Below are positions 1 to 10,798 of a DNA stretch of 64,000 bases, piece by piece. A program made the translations under genes and the position numbers. Every line of letters starts with the position of its first letter. Position 1 is the stretch's first letter. The notes under the pieces were generated by a model that ran no database searches, was not told the origin of the DNA, and saw only the letters and a list, made by a program, of their open reading frames with translations. The DNA lies in contig CAVUMN010000003.1 of NCBI GenBank assembly GCA_963742735.1, forward strand, positions 608,001 through 672,000. Direction: 5' to 3'. This DNA is from an uncultured Actinomycetes bacterium (GTDB lineage: Bacteria; Actinomycetota; UBA4738; JBBDTT01).

Positions 1-1
1 C

Positions 2-1891
2 ACCCGCCCCCGCAAGGCGCCGGAGCCCGAGACGGCCGCCGAGCCCGAACCCGCTCCCCAAGCGGCGGAGGCGGAGCCGGATCCGGCGGTCGAGGTGGGA
101 GAGCCCGAGACGAACGGCGGGCCCACCGGCGAGACGGCGACCCTGCGTATCCACCGGGGCTCGACGCCCCAGGAGATCGCCGACCGGGCGGGGCTCTCCG
201 CGGCCGAGGTCGTGAAGGCCCTGTTCCAGCTCGGCGAGATGGCCTCGGCAACCCAGTCGCTCTCGGACGAGACGATCACCGTCCTGCTGCCACAGCTCGG
301 CTTCGAGGCCGAGATCATCACGCCGCAGGAGGAGGAGGCCGAGGAGGACGAGCCCGAGGAGGTCGACGCCAGCCGCCTGGTGACCAAGGCGCCGGTCGTG
401 ACCGTCATGGGCCACGTCGACCACGGCAAGTCCTCGATCCTCGACGCCATCCGTGAGACGGACGTCGTCTCCGGAGAGGCCGGCGGGATCACGCAGCACA
501 TCGGCGCGTACCAGATCCATCACGATGGCCGGGAGGTCACGTTCATCGACACCCCGGGCCACGAGGCGTTCACCGCGATGCGGGCCCGGGGCGCGCAGGT
601 CACGGACATCGCCGTCCTCGTCGTCGCCGCCGACGACGGCGTGAAGCCCCAGACGCTGGAGGCCATCGACCACGCCCGGGCGGCCAGCGTGCCGATCCTG
701 GTCGCCGTGAACAAGGTCGACAAGCCCGAGGCGGACCCGACCCGCGTGCGCCAGCAGCTGTCCGAGCACGGCCTCCAGCCCGAGGAATGGGGCGGCGAGA
801 CCGTGTTCGTGGACGTCTCCGCGAAGGAGAAGACGAACCTCGATCAGCTCGTCGAGATGGTGCTGCTCGTGGCCGACCTGCAGGAGCTCAAGGCGGTCGC
901 AGACGGCACCGCGCGCGGGGTGGCCATCGAGGCGCACCTGGACAAGGGCCGGGGTCCGGTGGCCACGGTTCTCGTCCAGCGGGGATCCATGAAGGTGGGC
1001 GACCCCGTCGTCTCCGGTGTCGTGCACGGCCGCGTGCGGGCGATGTTCGACGAGCACGGCATCGCGGTCGAACTGGCGGGTCCCGCCAAGCCGGTGCAGG
1101 TGCTCGGGTTCAGCGCCGTCCCCGAGGCCGGCGACGACGTGCGTGTCGTCTCCGACGAGCGGGAGGCGAAGCACATCGCGCAGGAGCGCGAGGCCAAGCA
1201 CCGGGCCGCCGACCTGATCTCGTCGCAGCAGCCCCGGAGCCTCACCGAGCTCCTGATGCGAGCCCAGCAGGAGGAGATTCCGGAGCTGCCCGTCATCATC
1301 AAGGCCGACGTCCAGGGCTCGATCGAGGCCCTGGCGGACGCCCTCGAGAAGCTTCCCCGCGACGAGGTTCGGGTGCGGGTCCTGCATCGCGGCGCGGGAG
1401 GCATCGGCGAGAACGACGTGACCCTGGCGCAGGCCTCGGGGGCGATCGTGATCGGGTTCAACGTCCGGCCCACGCCCGCCGCCGCGGAGCTCGCCGAGAA
1501 GGAGGGCGTCGACGTTCGCCTCTACGACGTGATCTACCAGGCGGTCGACGACATCCGTTCGGCGCTCTCGGGGATGCTGACCCCGGGGGAGGAGACCGTG
1601 GAGCTCGGCCGCGCCGAGGTCCGCACGCTGTTCAAGGTTCCACGCCAGGGGACCATCGCCGGCTCCTACGTGGTGAACGGCACCATCGTGCGCGGCGCCA
1701 GGGCCCGTCTGGTCCGCGACGGAACGATCGTCCACGACGGCCGTATCGCCTCGCTCCGCCGGTTCAAGGACGACGTGCGCGACGTCGCCGAGGGCTTCGA
1801 GTGCGGCATCGGGCTCGAGTCCTTCCAGGACGTCAAGGAGGGCGACCTCATCGAGGCCTACGAGGTCCGCGAGGTCGAGCGAACCCTCTAG
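2..1891 (+). CDS. infB: Translation initiation factor IF-2 (5' end outside the window)
   Basis: GHVDHGKS P-loop, [37 protein letters not shown]; frame open from window start. Confidence 0.98.
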   Translation, partial: TRPRKAPEPETAAEPEPAPQAAEAEPDPAVEVGEPETNGGPTGETATLRIHRGSTPQEIADRAGLSAAEVVKALFQLGEMASATQSLSDETITVLLPQLGFEAEIITPQEEEAEEDEPEEVDASRLVTKAPVVTVMGHVDHGKSSILDAIRETDVVSGEAGGITQHIGAYQIHHDGREVTFIDTPGHEAFTAMRARGAQVTDIAVLVVAADDGVKPQTLEAIDHARAASVPILVAVNKVDKPEADPTRVRQQLSEHGLQPEEWGGETVFVDVSAKEKTNLDQLVEMVLLVADLQELKAVADGTARGVAIEAHLDKGRGPVATVLVQRGSMKVGDPVVSGVVHGRVRAMFDEHGIAVELAGPAKPVQVLGFSAVPEAGDDVRVVSDEREAKHIAQEREAKHRAADLISSQQPRSLTELLMRAQQEEIPELPVIIKADVQGSIEALADALEKLPRDEVRVRVLHRGAGGIGENDVTLAQASGAIVIGFNVRPTPAAAELAEKEGVDVRLYDVIYQAVDDIRSALSGMLTPGEETVELGRAEVRTLFKVPRQGTIAGSYVVNGTIVRGARARLVRDGTIVHDGRIASLRRFKDDVRDVAEGFECGIGLESFQDVKEGDLIEAYEVREVERTL

Positions 1892-1901
1892 GCTGGGGAC
1901 C

Positions 1902-2198
1902 GTGCTGGTCTCGGTCGCGCGCTTCGATCTGCGGATCCCCGGGGTGGGTTCCCTCAAGGAGAAGCGTCACGTGGTGAAGACGCTGACCGCGAGCCTGCGC
2001 AACAAGTTCAACGTGTCGGTGGCCGAGGTGGACCACCACGACCTGTGGCAGCGAAGCGGGATCGCGGTGTCTGCCGTCGCCGCGGAGGGGTACCACCTCA
2101 GGAAGGTCATGCACGAGGTGGAGAAGCACGTGGAGCGGTTCGGCCCGGTCGACGTCATCGGCCGCACGGTCGACCTGATGGATCCGGAGGACGAGTGA
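1902..2198 (+). CDS. DUF503 (YlxP-like) protein
   Basis: SLKEKRHVVK...KFNVSVAEVDHHDLWQR; usual position between infB and rbfA. Confidence 0.9.
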   Translation: MLVSVARFDLRIPGVGSLKEKRHVVKTLTASLRNKFNVSVAEVDHHDLWQRSGIAVSAVAAEGYHLRKVMHEVEKHVERFGPVDVIGRTVDLMDPEDE

Positions 2199-2563
2199 AG
2201 CACGACGACGGTGGCGCTCCGAGGATCCGGCCCGACCGGGTCGCGGAGTCGTTCAAGGAGGTCCTGGCGCAGGAGATCCAGCGCCTCAAGGATCCCCGCG
2301 TCGGGTTCGTCACCGTGACGGCGGTTGAGGTCACCCCCGACCTTCGCCACGCCCGTGTCTTCTTCACGGTGCTGGGGACCGAGACGGAGGACCGTGCCAC
2401 CACGGCGGCCCTGCGATCGGCCGGCAAGCATCTGCGGGCGGCGCTCGGCCGGAAGGTCCGGCTGAAGTTTCTGCCCGATCTGGAGTTCGTCCACGACCTG
2501 TCCGTCATCCGGGGCGGGCGCGTCGAGGAGCTGTTGAGGAAGGTGATCCCCGCAGATGAATGA
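2195..2563 (+). CDS. rbfA: 30S ribosome-binding factor A
   Basis: RPDRVAE..LKDPRVGFVTVTAVEVTPDLRHARVF..LKFLPDLEFVHD; GTGA overlap with DUF503. Confidence 0.95.
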   Translation: MKHDDGGAPRIRPDRVAESFKEVLAQEIQRLKDPRVGFVTVTAVEVTPDLRHARVFFTVLGTETEDRATTAALRSAGKHLRAALGRKVRLKFLPDLEFVHDLSVIRGGRVEELLRKVIPADE

Positions 2564-3536
2564 CCAGCTCGAGGCCGCCTACACCGAGGCCGCCCGGATC
2601 CTCGAGAAGGCTCCGAAGGTGGCGCTTGCCTGCCACGTCAACCCGGACCCCGATGCGATCGGCTCGATGCTCGGGCTGGCCCAGCACCTGCGCGAGCGCG
2701 GCGCCGAGGTGGTGGCCTCGTGGGGCAACGACCCCTTCACGAAGCCTCGGTTCATGCACGCCCTCCCCGCGGCCAACCTGGTCGTGCCGCCCAAGGACTT
2801 CCCGGCCGACCCGGAGCTGTTCGTGACGCTCGACGCCGCCTCGGCGGACCGGCTGGCGACCCTGGAGCCGATCCTGCAGACGGCCAAGACGGTGATCGTG
2901 GTCGACCACCACGTCACCAACCCGGGATTCGGCAAGGTCAACCTGATCGACGGCAAGGCCTCGTCGACGGCGGAGATGGTCTTGCGGCTCATCCGCGCCA
3001 TGGACGGAACGGTCTCCGCCGAGTCCGCCGCCTGCCTGTACGCCGGGATCGTCACCGACACGGGCCGCTTCCAGTACGAGGCCACGACGCCGGAGACCCT
3101 CCGGCTGGCGGCCGATCTGCGCACGGCGGGGTTCGACCACGCGGCGCTGGCCCGCGCCCTGTTCGAGGACAACTCGCTGGGGTTCCTCAAGGCGCTCGGG
3201 ACGGCGCTGGACCGTGTCGCCCTCGACGAGGAGGCCGGCCTCGTGTGGACGTACCTGTCCCAGGAGGACCTCGCGCGCACCGGCATCCCGATGGGCGAGA
3301 CCGACGACCTGATCGACGTCATCCGAACGGTCCGGGAGGCCGACGCCGCCGCCGTGATCAAGCAGCAGCGCGACGGGACCTGGAAGGTCAGCCTGCGCTC
3401 GAAGGGCGGCCACGACGTGGGCGCCGTCGCGGCCGCGTTCGGCGGGGGCGGCCATCGGCTGGCCGCCGGCTACACCTCGGCGGAGACGCTCGAGGGCACG
3501 GCGGACAAGCTTCTCGCCGCGCTCCGCGCGAGCTGA
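2556..3536 (+). CDS. nrnA: DHH/DHHA1 oligoribonuclease/pAp phosphatase NrnA
   Basis: HVNPDPDAIGS, VDHH, TDTGRF, SLRS, GGGGHRLAAG; between rbfA and truB. Confidence 0.9.
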   Translation: MNDQLEAAYTEAARILEKAPKVALACHVNPDPDAIGSMLGLAQHLRERGAEVVASWGNDPFTKPRFMHALPAANLVVPPKDFPADPELFVTLDAASADRLATLEPILQTAKTVIVVDHHVTNPGFGKVNLIDGKASSTAEMVLRLIRAMDGTVSAESAACLYAGIVTDTGRFQYEATTPETLRLAADLRTAGFDHAALARALFEDNSLGFLKALGTALDRVALDEEAGLVWTYLSQEDLARTGIPMGETDDLIDVIRTVREADAAAVIKQQRDGTWKVSLRSKGGHDVGAVAAAFGGGGHRLAAGYTSAETLEGTADKLLAALRAS

Positions 3537-3544
3537 ACCCCCCC

Positions 3545-4387
3545 GTGAGTGACGGGATCCTGCTGGTCGACAAGCCTCGCGGGATCACCTCGCACGACGC
3601 GGTGGCGCGGGTACGCCGGGCCGTCGGCATCAGGAAGGTCGGCCACTCGGGCACCCTCGACCCTATGGCCGAGGGGCTCCTGATCATGGGGGTGGGGCGC
3701 GGCACTCGGCTGCTGCGGTTCCTGTCCGAGTTCGACAAGGAGTACCAGGGGATCGCGCGCCTGGGCGTCGAGACGGACACGCTGGATGCCGAAGGAGCGG
3801 TCACCGCGACGGCGGAGGTCGACGTCACCGAGGACGACGTGCGGGCCGCGTTCGCGTCGCTGACCGGACCGATCGAGCAGGTGCCTCCGGCGTACTCCGC
3901 GGTGAAGATCGGCGGGCGGGCGATGTACAAGGAGGCTCGCGCGGGGCGCGAGGTCGTGGCCGAGCCGCGCTCGGTCCGGGTCGACGCCTTCGACCTGGTG
4001 TCGCTGAGCGGCGCCGACGCGGAGTTCCGGGTCGTGTGCTCGAGCGGGACCTACGTCCGGGTGCTCGCCGCGGACGCGGGACGCGCCCTGGGTTGCGGCG
4101 CTCACCTGACGCGGCTGGTCCGCACCCGGATCGGCGCCTTCGTCCGTGGCGACGCGCGGCCTCCCGAGGATCCCGGCGATCCGTTGCCGCTCGACGCGGC
4201 GGTGGCGCACCTCCCGAGCTTCACGTTGGGGGCGGAGGAGGTGATGTCGTGCCGGAACGGATGCATCCTCGGGCCCGCGGGATTCGAGGGGCCGTATTCC
4301 GTGCGGGAGCCCGACGGGACCCTCGTCGGCATCTACCGGGACGACGGCGCGAAGGGCGTTCCGGAGGTCATCGTTCGCCCCGCCTAG
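3545..4387 (+). CDS. truB: tRNA pseudouridine(55) synthase
   Basis: DKPRGITSHD, KVGHSGTLDPMAEGLL, QVPPAYSAVK, CSSGTYVR; GTG at 3545. Confidence 0.96.
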   Translation: MSDGILLVDKPRGITSHDAVARVRRAVGIRKVGHSGTLDPMAEGLLIMGVGRGTRLLRFLSEFDKEYQGIARLGVETDTLDAEGAVTATAEVDVTEDDVRAAFASLTGPIEQVPPAYSAVKIGGRAMYKEARAGREVVAEPRSVRVDAFDLVSLSGADAEFRVVCSSGTYVRVLAADAGRALGCGAHLTRLVRTRIGAFVRGDARPPEDPGDPLPLDAAVAHLPSFTLGAEEVMSCRNGCILGPAGFEGPYSVREPDGTLVGIYRDDGAKGVPEVIVRPA

Positions 4388-4395
4388 CCAATGCA

Positions 4396-4421
4396 AAGGG
4401 GCGGGCCGAAGCCCGCCCCTT
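4396..4421. terminator. Probable bidirectional terminator hairpin between convergent genes
   Basis: AAGGGGCGGGC-CGAA-GCCCGCCCCTT. Confidence 0.7.
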
Positions 4422-4438
4422 CGAGCGTCGGGCCGTGC

Positions 4439-7400
4439 TCAGTACTTGAGGGTGACGTCGTCGATCGCGAGCCCCTGGTTCGCCGGGAACGAGATCAGCT
4501 GATCGCTGGTCAGCCGGAACCGGACGAACAGCGGGCCCTTGGGCGACCAGAACTTCACCGAGTTGGTGCTGAAGTTCGGGAAGCCCTCGTTCTGACCGGT
4601 GACCGTGCCGGCGTTGTACCACTTGAGGCCGTTCGGCGAGTAGTCGATGGTCAGATAGTCGAACCCGTCCTCGAGGTCGCGAAGCTCCGCCCACGAGATC
4701 TCCGCCGTCCCACCGGGATGGTTGAACTGCGGCGAGAGGAGGATCGTGGACGTCTCGTCGCTGTACGGAAGGACCGCCATCGCGAACGAGGAGGCGTTCC
4801 CCGGCGGCTGCCGGCGCCATCCGTTCTGGCCGACCGTCTCGATGGTCCAGCCCTCCTGGTCGATCTCGAAGCCGAACGGACCGGCGAGCATCTTGTCCTT
4901 GAGCTTGCCCGGCTTCGGGAACGGGTTGGGAGACGAACCGTAGGCCCGCGGCGGGCCGAAGCGGTACAGGTACACGCCGCGACCGTGCGTGGCCGCCACC
5001 AGCAGGTTCTTGTCCCGCGCGCCCAGCTCGACCGTGTGGATCGGGACCTCCGGGAGGCCCTTGCCGAGGATCGACCAGCTCGACGCGGACGCCTTCTTGA
5101 TGAAGACGCCCACGTCCGAGGCGACGATCACCTCGTCGTCGCGGACCACGACCCACGCGGCCCGGGCGTCGGGCAGGTTCCCCGAGATGTCCCTGAACGT
5201 CTGGCCCGCGTTGGTGGAGACGTACACGTTGCCCTTGCCGACGTTGGGCGAGGTCCCGAGGGTGCCCGGGGGGGTCCACCGCCGGCTGTAGCCGCCGAGG
5301 GTCACGTAGACCGTCCGCGGTCGCCTCGGGTCCATGGTGATGTCGGTGATGTAGCGGTTCGGAAGGCCCTTGGCGGCCGCGAAGTGCCAGCCGAAGTTGA
5401 ACCCGGTCTTCGGGGCCTTCTTGCCACCGACGTTCGTGGCGATCCCGTTCTTGAACGGGGCCGTCGCGTTCAGCCGGTCGCACGCCGAGCAGAAGCCGAC
5501 GTAGATGTTCGGCCCGTAGTTGTCGAGGCCGGTCATCGAGTTGGCGGGGTCGTCTCCCGTGTCGGCGGTCCCCGCCGCGTTGGCGTCACCGGGGTGCTGC
5601 TGGGTGCCGAGGTTGAAGACTTCCTTCCAGTCCGGCGACCCGGTGCCGGGGCCCGACAGCGACTCCACGACCTGGCGGCCGGCGGTGACGATGTGGTCCG
5701 GGTCGAGCGGGTCCATGGTGAACGGGTTGGAGAAGTGCGAGTTGGTCACGGGCGGAGACATCCCCGACCAGCTCACGCCACCGTCGGTCGTGGCGGTCAT
5801 GCTCGCGTAGGGGGTCTCCCCGTAAGCGATCTTCGAGTTGTCCGGGTGGACCGCGACGTGGAAACCGTCGCCGCCCTGCGCCATCACCTGGCGCTGGTTC
5901 TTCGGCTCGATCTTCGCCGTGCCGTTGTCCTGCAGGCCCATCCACACGGTCCCGTCCTTCGAGATGACCGCGTGGTACGGCAGCAGGGTGTTGAACCCGA
6001 GGTTCGAGCCGTTGCCCCAGCGGGCCTGGGAGAACTCCTGGCCCGGCGCGGCCGGCTGCGTGTAGACGCCGCCGTCGTTGCCGACCACCAGGGTGACCCC
6101 GCCGTCGCTCTCGGGGATGAAGACCGCCATGTGCTGGTCGGGGTGCGTCGTGGTCGTGAACTCGAGCGGGTCGTCACGGTCGGTCGGGCAGACCGGGACG
6201 CCGGCGGTGTCCGCGATCAGCGTGAGGAACAGGCAGGAGTCGCCGGAGAAGTACCGGCCGACCGTCTTGAAGGCGGACTTGCCGCTCTGGGGAACGGGCA
6301 GCTCGTTCTGCCACACCTCCTCCAGGCCGAACAGCAGACGGGTCGGCGCCCCGAGCACGGGGTCGGCCGCCGTCGGGTCGGGCTGGATCCACAGGTCGTA
6401 CCAGGCCTGGAAGCCCGGCCCGAGGCTCGCCAGCGCGAACGTGGAGACCGTCAGGGCCGAGCTCGTGTGCGGCGACTGGAGCTCGAGTCCGCTCGCCATC
6501 AGCCGCCACGTCTGGCCGAAGTCGGAGCTGACGTAGATGCCGTTGAGGTTGGTGGGGTACTGCGGCGTGGATCCCACCGGGCTGCCCTCGGGAAGGTCGA
6601 ACGAGGGGATCGGGTTCTCGTTCAGGGTGTTGGCGTCCTGGACCAGGGCGTACAGGTAGTTGTGGTCCTGGTCGGGACCGTAGGCCGCCCCCATCTCCAC
6701 GCGCCCGATGGCGTCCTGCTGTGCGAACCCGGTGGCCGCCGACTTCACGAAGGATCCGGGGTTGCCCGTCGGGGAGCTGTAGATGCCGTTGTTCGGGGAC
6801 TGGATCGACCCGTCGGGGTTGGCGAGGCTTCCACCGCGCCAGCCGACCGCGGCGACGACCACGCCGCCGTCCACCTCGTTGATCCCGCCGGGGTGCTGGA
6901 TCACGAGGTCCGTGACCATGTTCGCGAACACGCAGTTCTTCGCGCGGTTGCCCTTGCCGGCGCAGGGCCCGACCGGCAGCTTGGTGTCAACGAAGGACTT
7001 CCCGCCGTTGGTCGAGCGGAACAGGCCGGCGCCGGTGGCGGCGTAGACCTCCTTCGGGTTGGTCGGGTCGACGGAGATCTTGAAGCCCATGGCCTCGTCC
7101 GGCACGCCGGTCGCGTGCTTCCAGCTCCTGCCGTCGTTCAGGCTGTAGTAGACGCCGAACCCCTCGTAGGAGAGGTGGCCGAAAGAGTTGTCACCGGTCA
7201 AGGCGATCAGTGTGCCGCCGTTGGCCGGCGTCCACGCCACCGAGCCCACCACCTGGGTGGGGAGGCTGTCCCCCACGGACTTCCAGTGGGCGCCCTTGTC
7301 CGTGGACTTCCACACGCCTCCGGTGGCCACCGCGGCGTAGACCGCCTTCTTCTCGGGGACGTACTTGAGGTCGGCGATCCGGCCCGCCACGTCGCCGTTG

Positions 7401-7888
7401 CCGAGCGCGGACACGCCGTAGGCGGGGTCGTCGGTGTTCAGGGGGCCACGCCCGTACGGGATCCAGCGCTTGGCCCAGTTCGCCACGGGAATGCCCTGGC
7501 GCTCGAGGGCCGCGCGCTGGGCGATGGCGTTCTTGAACGCCCCCGCCTTCAGGGCCACGCCGGGCGCCAGCAGCTGGGAGGCGTTGTCCAGGTAGGCCTG
7601 GTAGACCTCACCAAAGGCCTCCGGGTGCTTCTCGTTCACGCAGAGCTTCGAGCCGAGCTCGTCGGTGAGCGCCGAGAGCGCGGCGCCGGTCGAGCCCAGG
7701 CGGCCCCGGCTTTCGGCCGACTTCAGGTCGGCCCACGGCACGAACCCCCTGGGACAGGTCGCGGCCGAGGCGGTCGTCGGAGCCGACGGCACGCCGGAGG
7801 GCGCGAGCAGCGCGGCCACGATCAAGCACGCGACAGCGGCGGCCGGCCAGACGCGATGGGCGCGAAAGCGGGAGGGACGAACGTCCAT
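4439..7888 (-). CDS. Secreted BNR/Asp-box beta-propeller protein (VPS10/GH74-like) with C-terminal jelly-roll (MAM/immune inhibitor A-like) domain
   Basis: Signal-peptide-like N-terminus; Asp-boxes STDKGAHW, SLNDGRSW, STNGGKSF, SSDFGQTW, TTDGGVSW, STNAGQTF; HPDQH, GLQDNG, GGDG, ATHGRG; C-terminal VRFRLTSD..GLAIDDV. Start uncertain. Confidence 0.8.
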   Translation of the reverse strand: MDVRPSRFRAHRVWPAAAVACLIVAALLAPSGVPSAPTTASAATCPRGFVPWADLKSAESRGRLGSTGAALSALTDELGSKLCVNEKHPEAFGEVYQAYLDNASQLLAPGVALKAGAFKNAIAQRAALERQGIPVANWAKRWIPYGRGPLNTDDPAYGVSALGNGDVAGRIADLKYVPEKKAVYAAVATGGVWKSTDKGAHWKSVGDSLPTQVVGSVAWTPANGGTLIALTGDNSFGHLSYEGFGVYYSLNDGRSWKHATGVPDEAMGFKISVDPTNPKEVYAATGAGLFRSTNGGKSFVDTKLPVGPCAGKGNRAKNCVFANMVTDLVIQHPGGINEVDGGVVVAAVGWRGGSLANPDGSIQSPNNGIYSSPTGNPGSFVKSAATGFAQQDAIGRVEMGAAYGPDQDHNYLYALVQDANTLNENPIPSFDLPEGSPVGSTPQYPTNLNGIYVSSDFGQTWRLMASGLELQSPHTSSALTVSTFALASLGPGFQAWYDLWIQPDPTAADPVLGAPTRLLFGLEEVWQNELPVPQSGKSAFKTVGRYFSGDSCLFLTLIADTAGVPVCPTDRDDPLEFTTTTHPDQHMAVFIPESDGGVTLVVGNDGGVYTQPAAPGQEFSQARWGNGSNLGFNTLLPYHAVISKDGTVWMGLQDNGTAKIEPKNQRQVMAQGGDGFHVAVHPDNSKIAYGETPYASMTATTDGGVSWSGMSPPVTNSHFSNPFTMDPLDPDHIVTAGRQVVESLSGPGTGSPDWKEVFNLGTQQHPGDANAAGTADTGDDPANSMTGLDNYGPNIYVGFCSACDRLNATAPFKNGIATNVGGKKAPKTGFNFGWHFAAAKGLPNRYITDITMDPRRPRTVYVTLGGYSRRWTPPGTLGTSPNVGKGNVYVSTNAGQTFRDISGNLPDARAAWVVVRDDEVIVASDVGVFIKKASASSWSILGKGLPEVPIHTVELGARDKNLLVAATHGRGVYLYRFGPPRAYGSSPNPFPKPGKLKDKMLAGPFGFEIDQEGWTIETVGQNGWRRQPPGNASSFAMAVLPYSDETSTILLSPQFNHPGGTAEISWAELRDLEDGFDYLTIDYSPNGLKWYNAGTVTGQNEGFPNFSTNSVKFWSPKGPLFVRFRLTSDQLISFPANQGLAIDDVTLKY

Positions 7889-8065
7889 GTTCAAGGCCTC
7901 CTCGAAGGGGGTTTTGGGAGTGCGTGTCGTTCGTATGCGTACTTCGACCCGCTGCGGGGCCGTTCCTGGTGCGCATTTCACCAGATTCCGGACGCAGTTG
8001 ACCATATCGGACGGCCCCGGCCTCCTGAAGGTATCCGGGCCCCGGACCGATAATCAAAGACGATC

Positions 8066-9838
8066 GTGTCGGAATCGCGGCCCGCGGGCCTCCCCGTTCG
8101 CATCGCGCTGCTCGGCGCCGCCGCCGGCGCGGTGGTCACCGCCGTGCACCTGATCGGTCGGGCCGCCGGATGGCAGGCCCTCTCGGTGATCGCGTTCGCC
8201 GAGCAAGCGGCTATCCTGCTGGCCCTCTCGATGTGCGTGCGGGCTGCCCGCGTCGGTCCCGAGGACCTGCGGTCGTCCTGGCGGCTGGTCTCGATCGGGC
8301 TGGCCTTGACGGTGACCGCGTCGACGGCCTCGGCCGTGTACGGCGCGATCCACGGCGCCCGCCCCCAGAGCCCGGCCCTGACCGACATCCTGTACTTCGC
8401 CGCCTACCCGTTCTACCTGGCCGCGGTGGTCCGGCTGCCTCGACGGCCCCAGGCGCTCTCCCTGCGAGACATGCTCGACGGCGCCGCGGCCGCGCTCGTC
8501 ATCGGGCTGGCGGTGGTGGCGCACGTCGTCGACGCGATCGCCTCGTCGCAGCGCACGTCCGGGTGGACGGTCGCCGTCAACCTCGCGCTGGCGGTGGCCG
8601 ACATCGCGCTCCTGTGGGCGGTGGTGGTGGTCCTGCTCACGTCGCGCCGGTTGCGGCTGCACTGGGTGGGGATCCTGGCCGCCGGGCTGGCCGTGCTGGT
8701 CACCGGCGACCTGGCGTACCTGTCCCTGTCGGCTCGGGGCCCCGTGGAGACGGCCAGCCCCGTGTTCCTGGTCTTCCTGTGGGGGTTCCTGGTCGTCTCG
8801 CTGGCGGCCCACCTGGCCGCCCGCCCCGGCTCGCAGGCCCCGGCGCCGGCGGAGGACGCTCGCTCGTGGGAACAGCTGAGCTTCCAGATCGTGCCGCTGT
8901 TCATCCTTCTCGGGGTGACCACGCTCGTGGCGGTGGAGGCCCTCAGCGAGCGTCCACGGCCCTACGTGGTCCTCGGAGGCCTCGGCATCGCGTTGCTCCA
9001 GGCGTTCCGGCAGTTCCTCACGCTGCGGGAGAACCGCCAGCTGCTGGCCGGCGAGCGCGAAGCCGTGTACCGGCTCCGCGAGCTCGATCGGATGCGCGCC
9101 GACTTCATGGCCGTGGTGTCCCACGACTTCGCGAACCCCCTCACGGTCATCGGGGGGATGGCGTCGATGATCCGGACCCGGGGGGACCGTATCCCCGAGG
9201 ACCAGCGCAACGAGATGCTCGACGCCATCGAACGGGAGGCCGCGCGGCTCTCGGCCCTGGCCCGGGACGTCCTGACCGCGGTGCGGGCGGAGGGCGGCGA
9301 CCTCGCCTACACCTTCGAGCTCGTCGACGTGGGCGCCGTGGCCGACCGGTGCACGCGTCTGGTCGGGCAGCTCTCCGCGCGGCACGAGGTCGTCTTCGAG
9401 CGGGCGGGGGACACCGTGGTCGAGGCCGACGAGGCCCGCCTGCAGGAGGTCCTGCTCAACCTGCTCGACAACGCCATCAAGTACTCGCCGTCGGGCGGCC
9501 GGGTCACGGTGCGGGTCCGGGGCGAGGACGAGTTCGTGCGCGTGGAGGTCATCGATCAGGGGGTCGGGCTCGTCCCGGAGGACGCGGAGCGGGTCTTCGA
9601 ACGCATGGTCAGGATCCGCAACGACTCCACCCGGGACATCAAGGGCACGGGCCTGGGGCTCTACATCGTCCGGCGGATCGTCGAGGCCCACAGCGGGCGG
9701 ATCCGGGCGGAGGGGCGGCCGAGCCGGGGCACGGCGTTCACCCTCGAGCTGCCCCGCGAGCGGCGTCGGCCGGCTGCGACGGGTCCGGCCGAGACGAAGG
9801 CCACGGACGATACGCCCGACGAGCGCGGGAGCCGCTGA
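8066..9838 (+). CDS. Membrane sensor histidine kinase (multi-TM input, HisKA, HATPase_c)
   Basis: About 9 hydrophobic segments, then SHDFANPL, NLLDNAIKYS, DQGVG, GTGLGLYIV. Confidence 0.92.
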   Translation: MSESRPAGLPVRIALLGAAAGAVVTAVHLIGRAAGWQALSVIAFAEQAAILLALSMCVRAARVGPEDLRSSWRLVSIGLALTVTASTASAVYGAIHGARPQSPALTDILYFAAYPFYLAAVVRLPRRPQALSLRDMLDGAAAALVIGLAVVAHVVDAIASSQRTSGWTVAVNLALAVADIALLWAVVVVLLTSRRLRLHWVGILAAGLAVLVTGDLAYLSLSARGPVETASPVFLVFLWGFLVVSLAAHLAARPGSQAPAPAEDARSWEQLSFQIVPLFILLGVTTLVAVEALSERPRPYVVLGGLGIALLQAFRQFLTLRENRQLLAGEREAVYRLRELDRMRADFMAVVSHDFANPLTVIGGMASMIRTRGDRIPEDQRNEMLDAIEREAARLSALARDVLTAVRAEGGDLAYTFELVDVGAVADRCTRLVGQLSARHEVVFERAGDTVVEADEARLQEVLLNLLDNAIKYSPSGGRVTVRVRGEDEFVRVEVIDQGVGLVPEDAERVFERMVRIRNDSTRDIKGTGLGLYIVRRIVEAHSGRIRAEGRPSRGTAFTLELPRERRRPAATGPAETKATDDTPDERGSR

Positions 9839-9862
9839 GCGTCGAGTACCCTCGGCGTCCTC

Positions 9863-10798
9863 ATGGAGGTCTGGCAGGGCCGGGATGCGCTCCCGCAGGA
9901 CGGCGTCCCCTCGGTGGTGACGATCGGGTTCTTCGACGGCGTCCATCGAGGCCATCAGGCCGTGTTCCGCCGGGCCGGCGAGCACGCGGAACGCACCGGC
10001 GCGCGCTCGATCGCGGTGACGTTCGACCGGCACCCGCGGCAGGTGTTCGCGCCGGACACGGCCCCGCCGCTGCTGACCACGCTCCGCCACAAGGCGGAGC
10101 TGATCGCCGCGCTGGGGATCGACGCGCTGGCGGTGCTCGAGTTCAACGTGCCGTTCTCGAAGTGGAGCCCCGAGGACTTCGTGGAGCACATCCTGATCAA
10201 GGGGCTGTCGGCGGTGCAGGTGGTCGTGGGCGCGAACTTCACCTTCGGCCACAAGGCCGTGGGCACGTTCGAGACCCTCACCGACCTCGGGACGGAGCGG
10301 GGGTTCGGCGTCGAGGCCGTGGGGCTGCTGGAGATCGGGGGCCGGACGGTGTCGTCGTCCTCCATCCGCCAGGCCCTGCTGGAGGGTGACACGGCCTGGC
10401 CGCGCGAGGCCCTCGGGCGCTTCTACTCCGTGGAGGGCTACGTGGTAGCCGGCGCCGGGCGCGGGAGCGGGCTCGGCTGGCCGACCGCGAACCTGCGCAC
10501 GCCGGAGAGCCTGTTGACGCCGGCCGACGGCGTGTACGCCGGCGTCGGCCGCAACCGGCTGGGGGAGTGGGTGGCGGCGATCAACATCGGGATCAACCCG
10601 ACGTTCGGGGCCGACCCTCGCCACCTGGAGGCCTTCCTGCTCGACTACGAGGGCGAGGGGCTGAAGGGCGAGTTGCTGACGATCGAGTTCTGGGAGCGTC
10701 TCCGTGACGAGGAGCGCTTCGACTCCGCGGCGGCGCTGGCCGAGCAGATCGGGCGCGACGTCGCGCGGACCCGCGAGATCGTTCGACTCCGGACATGA
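9863..10798 (+). CDS. ribF: Bifunctional riboflavin kinase/FAD synthetase
   Basis: GFFDGVHRGH, TFDRHP, GANFTFG, VSSSSIR, GWPTANL, GVYAG. Confidence 0.97.
   Translation: MEVWQGRDALPQDGVPSVVTIGFFDGVHRGHQAVFRRAGEHAERTGARSIAVTFDRHPRQVFAPDTAPPLLTTLRHKAELIAALGIDALAVLEFNVPFSKWSPEDFVEHILIKGLSAVQVVVGANFTFGHKAVGTFETLTDLGTERGFGVEAVGLLEIGGRTVSSSSIRQALLEGDTAWPREALGRFYSVEGYVVAGAGRGSGLGWPTANLRTPESLLTPADGVYAGVGRNRLGEWVAAINIGINPTFGADPRHLEAFLLDYEGEGLKGELLTIEFWERLRDEERFDSAAALAEQIGRDVARTREIVRLRT

Noticed and set aside
4391-8053. 1220-aa ORF antisense to the propeller gene, and similar long shadow ORFs (e.g. 12291-14969, 15472-17844, 49614-52700)
   Set aside because: Typical stop-poor alternative frames of high-GC3 genes; Arg/Gly/Pro-rich with no recognisable motifs
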